Source of the DNA: Desulfobacterales bacterium
GTDB taxonomy: Bacteria > Desulfobacterota > Desulfobacteria > Desulfobacterales > UBA5616
Length of the DNA: 64,000 bases
Direction of reading: 5' to 3'
NCBI GenBank assembly: GCA_046483495.1
Contig: JAWODC010000076.1
Coordinates: forward strand, 32,001-96,000
The translations under genes were made by a program, and so were the position numbers. Shown in pieces: positions 20,200 through 28,947 of the stretch (position 1 is the stretch's first letter; each line of letters begins with the position of its first letter). Under the pieces are notes generated by a model. The model was not told the DNA's origin. It ran no database searches and was given only the letters and a program-made list of their open reading frames with translations.

Positions 20200-20763
20200 A
20201 TGAAAGCATCACTTGGCGCTAAACCACTGGCTTTTCCCGCACCGGTCTGGTGCGTCGGCTCTTATGACGGGGAAAATCGCCCGAATGTCATGACGGCCGC
20301 ATGGGGAGGAATTTGCTGTTCGAAACCGCCCTGCATTACCGTTTCACTTAGAAAAGCCACCTATACCTATGGCAATATTATGGCTCGAAAAGCGTATACG
20401 GTGAGTATCGCGTCCGAGAAATACGCCGGACAGGCCGATTATTTCGGAATGGCTTCCGGAAGGGATGTGAACAAGTTTGAAAAAACCGGGTTGACGGCGG
20501 TGAAAAGCGAGATTGTGGACGCTCCTTATGTCGGAGAATTCCCGCTGATACTGGAATGCAGCCTGTTACATCATTACGAAATCGGCCTACATACACAGTT
20601 TATCGGTGAAATAATGGATGTCAAAGCCGATGAAGCCGTGCTCAGCGACGGACTTCCCGATATCGGCAAAGTCAAGCCGATCGTATTCGGGCCGGAAATT
20701 CGGACCTATTATCGCCTCGGCAATCTTCTGGGGCTTGCATTTAATCTCGGAAAAGCTTATTAA
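20200..20763 (+). CDS. flr: Flavoredoxin (flavin reductase-like)
   Basis: MKASLGAK...P.PVW.VGSYD...PNVMTAAWGGICCSKPPC.TVSLRKATY, EIGLHTQFIGEI. Confidence 0.8.
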   Translation: MKASLGAKPLAFPAPVWCVGSYDGENRPNVMTAAWGGICCSKPPCITVSLRKATYTYGNIMARKAYTVSIASEKYAGQADYFGMASGRDVNKFEKTGLTAVKSEIVDAPYVGEFPLILECSLLHHYEIGLHTQFIGEIMDVKADEAVLSDGLPDIGKVKPIVFGPEIRTYYRLGNLLGLAFNLGKAY

Positions 20764-20881
20764 AAGCTATCCTGTTTCGGGCGCACCCCTACCCCGACAT
20801 GAGCGTAATCCGATATCGAGGTGCTGCGTTCCTAAAAAGCCGAATCTCATTCATACGCGCTATCAGAGGCATTTTTGAAAT

Positions 20882-22303
20882 ATGACCGCTTGTACATCAA
20901 AACTTCATGAGAAAACGCTGCTGAAGCAAATTGACGCTCTTTTTCATCCCGAGTCCATTGCCGTTGTCGGTGTACCAAGAGGGATGAAGATGGGAAGACT
21001 GTTTTTAACAGCCCTTCTCGATCAGAATTTTCCCGGCACCATTTATCCTGTGAATCCCAGTGCCACGGAAATCGACGGCTTGAAAACCTATCCCGCGGTT
21101 TCCGAAATCCCCGGGCCCGTGGATTTGGCCATTGTTCTGGTTCCCCATGACCAGACGCTTTCCATTGTCAAAGAATGTGCAGAAAAAAAAGTGAAAGGCG
21201 TGGTGCTGTTCACCGCCGGATACGGTGAAACCGGAACACCTGAAGGCAAAGATCTGGAGGAAAAGCTGGTGAACATCGCCCAATCCGCGGGCATGCGGTT
21301 GGTCGGCCCCAATTGCATGGGGCTGTATTCTCCGGAATCCGGACTCTCGTTTTTTCCGGAACTGTCCAGGACACCGGGAAATGTGGGAATCGTATCACAC
21401 AGCGGCTCACTGGCCAATATCATGGGCCGGATGGGGAAAGACAGAGGCATTCGATTCAGCAAAGTGGTCAGCCTGGGCAACGAATGCGACCTTACCGGTA
21501 CGGATTTTCTTGCCTACCTCGGGTCCGATCCCGATACGCGCGTGATCGGCACGTACCTTGAAAATATTCGAAACGGCGCTGAATTTCTTCACACGGTCAA
21601 GGAGATATCCGGAATCAAACCGGTCATTCTCTGGAAGGCCGGCAGAACGCCGGAAGGCGCCCGGGCCGCGGCCTCGCACACGGGAGCTCTGGCCGGAAGA
21701 AAAGAAGTTTGGGAGGGCGTTGTCCGGCAGAGCGGGGGGATCGAGGTCATCGGCTTCGAAGCGTGGCTGGATACACTGATGGCCTTTTCGTATCTTCCCG
21801 ACACCATCGGTTGCAGCATGGCGATCATATCCGGACCCGGTGGGTTTGCCGTAGCTGCGGCCGAGGCATGCGGAATGGCGGGATTGACCTTGGCGAACCT
21901 GTCCCGGGAAACACAGCAGCTACTCGGAGAAATTATCGCCCAAACGGGCACGAGTGTCCGCAATCCGATCGATATCGGGCTTTCCGGTTCGATGAACAAA
22001 GAAACCGTTCTTAAAGCGGCAAGGACGGCTGCGGCAGATGAGAACGTCGATGCCCTTTTAGTGGTCGGCACCGGTATGACGCCGGAGGACAACCGGTTTT
22101 TCGCCCATGAATTCAGCCGCATTCAACACGCGTTTGAAAAACCTTTCCTCCCGGTAGCCATGCCCGGTTTTGATGAAATGAAACACACGGATTTTTTCGA
22201 GGCCGGGTTTCCCGTTTTTTCAAGCGTGGAACGGGCCATGCAAGCCTACGGACGCATATGGCGATACCGCCAGTGGAAAAGTCTTACCCTTAATCTCTGC
22301 TGA
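20882..22303 (+). CDS. ADP-forming acyl-CoA ligase alpha subunit (CoA-binding)
   Basis: LFHPESIAVVG, YPVNP, VGPNCMG, SHSGS, SLGNE.DL, ASHTGALAG, NPIDI. Confidence 0.85.
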   Translation: MTACTSKLHEKTLLKQIDALFHPESIAVVGVPRGMKMGRLFLTALLDQNFPGTIYPVNPSATEIDGLKTYPAVSEIPGPVDLAIVLVPHDQTLSIVKECAEKKVKGVVLFTAGYGETGTPEGKDLEEKLVNIAQSAGMRLVGPNCMGLYSPESGLSFFPELSRTPGNVGIVSHSGSLANIMGRMGKDRGIRFSKVVSLGNECDLTGTDFLAYLGSDPDTRVIGTYLENIRNGAEFLHTVKEISGIKPVILWKAGRTPEGARAAASHTGALAGRKEVWEGVVRQSGGIEVIGFEAWLDTLMAFSYLPDTIGCSMAIISGPGGFAVAAAEACGMAGLTLANLSRETQQLLGEIIAQTGTSVRNPIDIGLSGSMNKETVLKAARTAAADENVDALLVVGTGMTPEDNRFFAHEFSRIQHAFEKPFLPVAMPGFDEMKHTDFFEAGFPVFSSVERAMQAYGRIWRYRQWKSLTLNLC

Positions 22304-22407
22304 ATAAAACGGCTGCCGCTGCTTTTTGCACCCATTTTCCCCGACTGGTGGATTGGGGTTCAGAGCACCGGGCGGAACGTTACGAAGCCACGGCCCCATT
22401 TCCCTAC

Positions 22408-22549
22408 AAGTGGTTTCAAAACCTTCAATCAGGTCAAAGATCAAGGCGGGAGGAAGGATTCAAGCGCAGGAATACATTATGTATTTTGAGCATTGAATCC
22501 TTCATCCCAACGCCGATATTGGGCCTGAGGGGAGGTTTTAGAACCACTT
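22408..22549. repeat. ~140 bp long-hairpin element, variant B copy 1
   Basis: IR aagtggtttcaaaacc/ggttttagaaccactt; near-identical to 25564-25704. Confidence 0.85.
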
Positions 22550-22587
22550 CTAATCTTTTCCCAATTACCCCGAAAGGAGGCTGCTTA

Positions 22588-24531
22588 ATGTCCTTTTCCG
22601 AATCCAAAGAAATCCCTCTCGGCATGAGAGAACTGCAACCCAATCCATCCAACTATATTGCTGAAGCGTTGGTGGAACATGGGGTGGATATCGCCTTCGG
22701 CATTCACGGCGGCCATATTTGGCAGATCGTGGATGAAATCAGCAGGGCCGGCATCAAAACCATCACCTTCCGTCATGAACAGGCCGCCGCATATGCGGCG
22801 GAAGCCTATTCCAAGGTTACCCGCAGACCGGGGGTGTGCTTCGCAACGGCCGGTCCCGGTGTCGGCAATGCGTTTTCCGCTATTCAACAGGCCCACATGA
22901 GCTGCAGCCCGGTTGTTTTCATCGCCGGCGGAAACGCACCGGAAACCGACTATCTTCCGATCATCCAGCCCTGCTATGTGACCGACATCATGAAAAACAT
23001 CACCAAGTTCTGTCTGCGGTGCACGGAAACGGCTCAGGTCAAACAGGTGATCGCACGTGCATTCAAGAGCTGTCAATCCTATCCAAAAGGTCCCGCGGCT
23101 CTTGAAATGGAACTGGGCATGCTGTTTAAACCGTTGCCGCCGGCTATCCCTCCGCTCAGCGCATACGGGGAACACGCCATGTATGTTCCCAAATGGCGCG
23201 GGGAAGAAACCGCGGACCCCATTCCGCCGGGAGGTGCACCCGAATTCATCGAACGGGCGGTCCAGGCCCTCTGGTCATCGGAAAAACCCGTTATTTATGC
23301 TGCTGACGGGTGCCACTGGTCCGATGCATCCAAAGCCCTGCTGGAATTCGCCGAACTGTCTCAAATCCCGGTGACCACCCGCAGGATCGCCCGCGGCTGC
23401 TTTCCCGAAGTTCACCCCCTGTTTTTGGATTCCCGAACCGGCCGTACCGCCATCGGTCAAAGCGATATCCGGCTGCTCTTAGGCGGCAAAATCGGTTCTT
23501 TTGACTCCTTCGGCTTCGGTTGGCCTCCCACCATCCAGGTGAATGAATCGCCGGATCACATATGGACCTACTTGAATACACCCGTAGCCATAGTCGGGGA
23601 TATCCGGGTGGTCTTGGAGCAGATGATCGCCTATATCAAAAAGATGAATTTGACCCCGCCCGAAAGCCGCAAAGAGTGGACGGCACATTGCCGGGACGTC
23701 CAGAAGGGGGGGCTGGAAGCCAGGAAGGAAAAGGCGGAAACATATGCAAAGCATCGGCCTGTTCATTTCGGCTACCTGGCGAAAAAGGCATGGGATGTCT
23801 GCGAGGATCTGTACGGCGGGATGAACCGGATCATATTGGATGGCTACACCCTTTCGGATTACATGCCCGCCTTTATCCGGGCCCGCTATTCCGGTCAAGT
23901 CATGGATGCATCGGAGTATGCGGGTGTGGGCCACGGCGTCGGCATGGCGATCGGCGCCGCCTTCGGTGATCCCGATGCCCGCCGGCACCCCATACTGGCC
24001 CTCATGGGGGATGCGGGCATGGGCATTTCCGGAACCGATTTCGAAACGGCCGTTATTCACAAGCTGCCCATAGTCTATCTGGTGTCTGAAAATCGCGGAT
24101 GGCTTACCGGCATGAAATCCGTCTATTATGGCAATAACTGGGAAAGCATGGGAGAGCAGGATCGGGCATACGGGCAGGAAGGGGTGGAAAATGCCCGCTA
24201 TGACAGGTTCTGTGACATGTTCGGCGGCCATGGCGAGTATGTCGATGATCCCGGAGAAATAGGACCCGCACTCATCCGGGCGTTTAAGGCGGCTGAAAAC
24301 GGAAGCCCGGCCATTGTCAACGTCCACATGGATCCAACGGTATCCAACCGGCAAATCTACAGCGCCACATACGCCACCTGCTGGGCCCACATTCCGTGGG
24401 AAACCCTTGCACCGAGGGGAAGAGCTATCCGCAGAAATACCCTGGCCCAATTCCCCTGGGAGGAGGCCGGAGTCCCACCGATGAAAATGCCCGATCCGTG
24501 GGAGCCGGTCAAGGACGAGGAAGAATTCTAA
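22588..24531 (+). CDS. Thiamine diphosphate-dependent enzyme (acetolactate synthase/2-hydroxyacyl-CoA lyase family)
   Basis: FGIHGGHI, RHEQAAAYAAEAY, TAGPG, MGDAGMG-x24-N ThDP motif. AGGAGG RBS before ATG 22588. Confidence 0.88.
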   Translation: MSFSESKEIPLGMRELQPNPSNYIAEALVEHGVDIAFGIHGGHIWQIVDEISRAGIKTITFRHEQAAAYAAEAYSKVTRRPGVCFATAGPGVGNAFSAIQQAHMSCSPVVFIAGGNAPETDYLPIIQPCYVTDIMKNITKFCLRCTETAQVKQVIARAFKSCQSYPKGPAALEMELGMLFKPLPPAIPPLSAYGEHAMYVPKWRGEETADPIPPGGAPEFIERAVQALWSSEKPVIYAADGCHWSDASKALLEFAELSQIPVTTRRIARGCFPEVHPLFLDSRTGRTAIGQSDIRLLLGGKIGSFDSFGFGWPPTIQVNESPDHIWTYLNTPVAIVGDIRVVLEQMIAYIKKMNLTPPESRKEWTAHCRDVQKGGLEARKEKAETYAKHRPVHFGYLAKKAWDVCEDLYGGMNRIILDGYTLSDYMPAFIRARYSGQVMDASEYAGVGHGVGMAIGAAFGDPDARRHPILALMGDAGMGISGTDFETAVIHKLPIVYLVSENRGWLTGMKSVYYGNNWESMGEQDRAYGQEGVENARYDRFCDMFGGHGEYVDDPGEIGPALIRAFKAAENGSPAIVNVHMDPTVSNRQIYSATYATCWAHIPWETLAPRGRAIRRNTLAQFPWEEAGVPPMKMPDPWEPVKDEEEF

Positions 24532-24666
24532 TACGACTATCGGAATTCATGGCAGTGCGGTCCGGGCCATTCGCCGGAAAGAAAAACGAGACGGGCGATA
24601 CGGGATGGGGCTTGAAGTGGATTACAGATTCGGCAACACGCAGATTCAGTGAACAGGAGGAAGAGC

Positions 24667-25503
24667 ATGTACGATGATTTAAAGGGAAAAGTCGTTGTTG
24701 TAACGGGTTCGGGACGTCCAAACGGCCTCGGGCACGGCATGTCGATACGCTTTGCTCGAGAAGGGTCCCACGTGGTGGTGACGGACGTTGCCTGCCCGCA
24801 TTCCGACCCCGAATACGGTCGGGGAACCTGGGAAGAGCTTCTCGAACGGAAAAAGGAACTCGAAGCATTCGGAGTAAAATGCCTCCCCGTCAAGTGCGAT
24901 GTGACCGTTGAGTCGGAAGTGCAGCAGATGGTGGGTGCCGCCGTCGACCATTTCGGAGAAATCGACATTCTGGTAAACAATGTCGGCGGTGGTCCTCCCG
25001 GCAGCGGGGGGCCGCTGATCGATGTCGATGCAAACGGATGGGATGAGGGAATAGCCGTAAATGTCAAGGGCACCCATCTTTGCTCAAGGGCGGCCGCCCA
25101 ACAGATGGTCCGGCAGGGAAAAGGCGCAAAAATCGTTAATATTGCTTCACAGGCGGCAAAACGACCCTGCCCCGGTTTGGGTGTCTACGGCGCCGGCAAG
25201 GCTGCGGTGTGCCACTACACCAAAACCCCGGCCGTTGAGCTCGCACCCTACCGGATCAATGTCAATGCCGTTCTGCCCGGAACGATCGAAACCGATATGC
25301 TCAAGGAATCCTTTGCCAGACTGGCGGAGCAGATGGGTATGACATATGAACAGCTCATGGACAGCACCCTGCCGACGATTCCGTTGGGCAGATTTCAGAC
25401 CCGGGACGATGTGGCGGCCTCCGTAGTCTGGCTGGCCTCGAAAGAAGCCGATTATATCACCGGGGAAACGATTCTCACCACGGGTGGACAAACCATTTAC
25501 TAG
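24667..25503 (+). CDS. Short-chain dehydrogenase/reductase
   Basis: VVTGSG..NGLG, DILVNNVG, NIAS, YGAGK, INVNAVLPG.I.T. Confidence 0.9.
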   Translation: MYDDLKGKVVVVTGSGRPNGLGHGMSIRFAREGSHVVVTDVACPHSDPEYGRGTWEELLERKKELEAFGVKCLPVKCDVTVESEVQQMVGAAVDHFGEIDILVNNVGGGPPGSGGPLIDVDANGWDEGIAVNVKGTHLCSRAAAQQMVRQGKGAKIVNIASQAAKRPCPGLGVYGAGKAAVCHYTKTPAVELAPYRINVNAVLPGTIETDMLKESFARLAEQMGMTYEQLMDSTLPTIPLGRFQTRDDVAASVVWLASKEADYITGETILTTGGQTIY

Positions 25504-25561
25504 ATCGTTTGGATCGTTTAGAGCGTAAGAGCGTTCCGAACGTAACGATCCCAACGATCCC
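25503..25561. repeat. Self-complementary ~9-nt tandem array (GATCGTT.. / AACGATC..)
   Basis: gatcgtttg gatcgttta gagcgtaa gagcgttc cgaacgt aacgatccc aacgatccc. Confidence 0.7.
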
Positions 25562-25563
25562 TG

Positions 25564-25704
25564 GAAGTGGTTTCAAAACCTTCAATCAGGTCCAAGATCA
25601 AGGCGGGAGGAAGGATTCAAGCGCAGGAATACATAACGTATTTTGAGCATTCACTTCATCCCAACGCCGATATTGGGCCTGAGGGGAGGTTTTGAAACCA
25701 CTTC
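25564..25704. repeat. ~140 bp long-hairpin element, variant B copy 2
   Basis: Perfect IR gaagtggtttcaaaacc/ggttttgaaaccacttc; direct repeat of 22408-22549; abuts the spoVR stop codon. Confidence 0.85.
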
Positions 25705-27734
25705 TAGTAGGGCATGCGGACTTCGACTGTTTCCTTGTCCAGCTCCGTAATTTCTTTTCCGTCGGATGTGAAATATATTTTGACGGTCCCTCGCCTGGTT
25801 TTGCTTTCCTCGGGCACTTCTATCCCCATTTGCTTCAAAATTTCCGGCGGAACAGCCGAACGTTTACTCTTTTCCGTAAGAATGGTCTCGAGATAAACGG
25901 GATTTTGCCACAAAGCAAACAACGCCCGAAGGGTATCTTCCATCTCATCCCGCTTCAAGTCCGCCCCTTCATGCCGGTGTTTGAGGTAGAGGCCGGTACC
26001 GCGTTTTTCGGTCTTGTTTTTCGACCATGCATATTGGGCGTTGACAATTTCGATGACCGGCTCTCCTCGATTAAAGAGTGTAAACAACAGCTTTTTTTTG
26101 ACGCCCTCGAATTCAGCGGCATCAACCCCCCAGTGGTCGGGAGAAACACCCCCACCGCCGGCCCGATAGCTGAACATCGGTGACTTCTCAAACAATTCCG
26201 GGGTAAAAAATTCGCTTATCAATGAAAAATCATTGATTCGCCTGCGTATTTCAAATATTTTCCGCCTTCCCTGTCCCAGAAGGACCTTTCCCGGATACTT
26301 CCCGGCTGCGGCAAAAAACTCATCGGGAATACGATCGGCATCGTTTTTAAACGTATTTTCCTCCCATGCCTTCTTGAGGTCGACCAATATCCGGCACCAT
26401 CTCCGATCGCTTTTGATTTCTTCCGCCAAATGGGAGGATTCATTTTGCGCATATTCTCGTTCCAACCGAATCCATTCGGCCTCGCATTCCCGGTATTCAC
26501 ACCACCACCTTACACGTTTCTCTCTCTCGTAGAGATCTTTTGGAAAGCCCCACAGGCCGTTCTTGCAGGCATGTTTGAAAAAGCACCATTGCGCCCACTT
26601 GTCCTGGATATCGTTTGGATTTTCTTCGTAGATATTTTTAAAAACCACGAAATCATCCCAACTTGCATCGTTTTCCATCATGCTTCGGCAGTTTTCCCAA
26701 AGAAGACCGTGCCTGCCGCTGTCCCATCGATATTCGATATCTCTGTAAATCAACAAACCCAGCTTATAGGGGTTGAAGCCCGGGCTCCCAAGGGTCCCGG
26801 CATTGTGCTGAGCGTAATCGACAATTTCCGCCTGTGATGCAAGCCCCCTCTTCACCATCAGCTGGGAATGCCAGTATGCGGCCCATCCTTCGTTTGCAAT
26901 TTTCGTCTTTGCCTGGGGAAGGAAATAGTAGCTCTCCTGCCGTATAATGTCCAAAACATCGCGCTGCCATTTCTCGAGCGGGGCATACCGGAGAAGAAAC
27001 AGCAGAATATCACGCACCGGTTTGGCGGGAAAACGCAATCCGGTACGGGCCTCCCGTTGCCTTTCTTCCCGATGCTTTTCTCTTTGGGCCTGCAATTCAA
27101 TCCAATCCGGTGGATTGATAAATTCGTCCAGATAAGGCAGGTCCGATTTGAATCGAAACGGCTGCTCCCCTCGTTTCAATCCGGTTCGTTCGCCTTTGCT
27201 GCGCGGATTCTTTTCCCTGTATGCTTCCATATAGGGCATTCTGGAGTCGATGAGATTGTCGATTTTCATGCAGTCGGTAATGAAATCGTCCACCGCGGTT
27301 TGGCCGTATTCTTTCCGGTATCTCTCGATGCGTTCGGAAGCGCCCCGGGAACTGGCCAGCATGTTGCGGTCGGTGGGGGCGAACCAGGCGTTGTTTTTAA
27401 AAAAATCGACATGTGCAAACACATGCGCCATGACCATTTTTTGGTCGACCAGTTTATTTTCTTCCAGCAAGTAGGCCAATGCCGGATCGGCATTGATGAC
27501 CATTTCATATATTTTGCTCAGACCATACGTAAAGCTTTTGCGCATGTTGATGTATGATTCTCCGAATTTCCAGTGGGAATAATGATCCGGAAAGCCATGG
27601 TAGCTTGCCACCTCCGCCATAATGTCCCAGTCGACAACGTCGAAAATCGTCGGAAAGAAATCGAGCCCCTGCCGCCGTGCAACTGCTTCGATCTTTACCT
27701 GCCATTGGTTTAGCTCTTCGGTTATGACCGTCAT
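25704..27734 (-). CDS. spoVR: SpoVR family protein (YcgB-like) with internal insertion
   Basis: YSHWKFG, KIYEMVIN.DP..AYL, MAHVFAHVDFFKNN, YF.PQ..TKI.NEGWA.YWH, NPYKLG. ATGA overlap with the upstream gene. Confidence 0.9.
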   Translation of the reverse strand: MTVITEELNQWQVKIEAVARRQGLDFFPTIFDVVDWDIMAEVASYHGFPDHYSHWKFGESYINMRKSFTYGLSKIYEMVINADPALAYLLEENKLVDQKMVMAHVFAHVDFFKNNAWFAPTDRNMLASSRGASERIERYRKEYGQTAVDDFITDCMKIDNLIDSRMPYMEAYREKNPRSKGERTGLKRGEQPFRFKSDLPYLDEFINPPDWIELQAQREKHREERQREARTGLRFPAKPVRDILLFLLRYAPLEKWQRDVLDIIRQESYYFLPQAKTKIANEGWAAYWHSQLMVKRGLASQAEIVDYAQHNAGTLGSPGFNPYKLGLLIYRDIEYRWDSGRHGLLWENCRSMMENDASWDDFVVFKNIYEENPNDIQDKWAQWCFFKHACKNGLWGFPKDLYEREKRVRWWCEYRECEAEWIRLEREYAQNESSHLAEEIKSDRRWCRILVDLKKAWEENTFKNDADRIPDEFFAAAGKYPGKVLLGQGRRKIFEIRRRINDFSLISEFFTPELFEKSPMFSYRAGGGGVSPDHWGVDAAEFEGVKKKLLFTLFNRGEPVIEIVNAQYAWSKNKTEKRGTGLYLKHRHEGADLKRDEMEDTLRALFALWQNPVYLETILTEKSKRSAVPPEILKQMGIEVPEESKTRRGTVKIYFTSDGKEITELDKETVEVRMPY

Positions 27735-28909
27735 CTCAAACCACCTGTTTTCTTTTTGCCGAAAAATTCCGTCAATGCCGTCCACGCGTCATTCCGCTCT
27801 TTCAACGACACGTAAACCACATTGGGATTGCGTATAAACTCCAAGGCGATCCGCCTGCCGAAAAATCCCGGTGAAGAAAAACCTTCGGATACTTCTCTCC
27901 TGTACCACGACCGCCACGCGGGTTGAACCTCTCCGTAGCAATACTGGTTGCTGAACGGAAGGATTTTTTCCTTGATCAATCGAATAACGAGGTTGTTGTC
28001 CATCTCCCAATTCATGCCGTCCGAAAAATAGACGGGATAAATATTCCAATCTTCCGGAGAATATCTGTCTCCGACAATTTTTACCAGAAGCTGATGTGCA
28101 CTGGAGGCCTTTGTGCCGCCGTAGCTGTCGGCCATCAGGAATTGTTCCTGGTTCTTCATTTCCTCCGCATTGACATGATGAACGATATAAACGCATTCGA
28201 GTTCATCGTACTGCCGCTTCAAGAGCCCTTCAGCGAAATAACAGAAATAGGATATGATTTCCCGTTCTTCATCCGAAACAGACCCCGATATGTCCCTCAT
28301 AAACGCCAGCATGGCATTGTTCTGCGGGCGGGGAATGGGTTTGGTGGAACGAAAGGACTTGTCTTCCTGTATAGGGATAAGTTTCGGATCGTTCGGATTG
28401 TAATCACCGCTTGCCAGCTGCCGTTGAAGCGCCCGCCGATAAATGCTTCTGGGGCCCCGCTTTATGATAAGCGATTCAGGGCCGACCCGCCGTGCCGATG
28501 ACCAGCGCTGATCCTCGGCGGCAATCGTCTTTTCCCCTTTCTGCCTGAGATTCGGCAGTTCGAGTTCCATCATTTCCATGATTTCTTCTTCAGTGAACTC
28601 AACTTCGAACAATTCACCCGGCTGCTCCCCGGCCTGTTTATCCCCCTGATCCGTTTTCGGATCACCGGTGATCGGCCCGAGATCATCGCCCTGCTTGCCT
28701 TTGCCCGTACCGACACCCCCGAAGTTCGGGCCGTACCGGAATCGGGGAAGGGGCAAATGAAAAAAGCGTATTTTTATGGGCTCTTTTTTGCCCTTGCCGG
28801 GAAGAACCACCCCGCCGGGACGAAGGTATTTCCTGATATCCTGCTTTATTTTGCCCTTCAGCATATCGGTAAACCGCTTTTCGTCTCTGTTGATTCGTCT
28901 TCTTCTCAT
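27731..28909 (-). CDS. yeaH: YeaH/YhbH (DUF444) vWA-like protein
   Basis: LPRFRYG, ELELPNL..KG, FMRDISGS, GGTKASSA, YSPEDWNIYPVYFSDGMNW. Confidence 0.88.
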   Translation of the reverse strand: MRRRRINRDEKRFTDMLKGKIKQDIRKYLRPGGVVLPGKGKKEPIKIRFFHLPLPRFRYGPNFGGVGTGKGKQGDDLGPITGDPKTDQGDKQAGEQPGELFEVEFTEEEIMEMMELELPNLRQKGEKTIAAEDQRWSSARRVGPESLIIKRGPRSIYRRALQRQLASGDYNPNDPKLIPIQEDKSFRSTKPIPRPQNNAMLAFMRDISGSVSDEEREIISYFCYFAEGLLKRQYDELECVYIVHHVNAEEMKNQEQFLMADSYGGTKASSAHQLLVKIVGDRYSPEDWNIYPVYFSDGMNWEMDNNLVIRLIKEKILPFSNQYCYGEVQPAWRSWYRREVSEGFSSPGFFGRRIALEFIRNPNVVYVSLKERNDAWTALTEFFGKKKTGGLR

Positions 28910-28947
28910 CGTGGTTCCCCCGATTTTCCGACCGGCATTCAACCGGC

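Noticed and set aside
22348..22587. 80-aa N-terminal extension of the ThDP enzyme in the ORF track
   Set aside because: It is read-through of the hairpin repeat; a strong RBS precedes ATG 22588.
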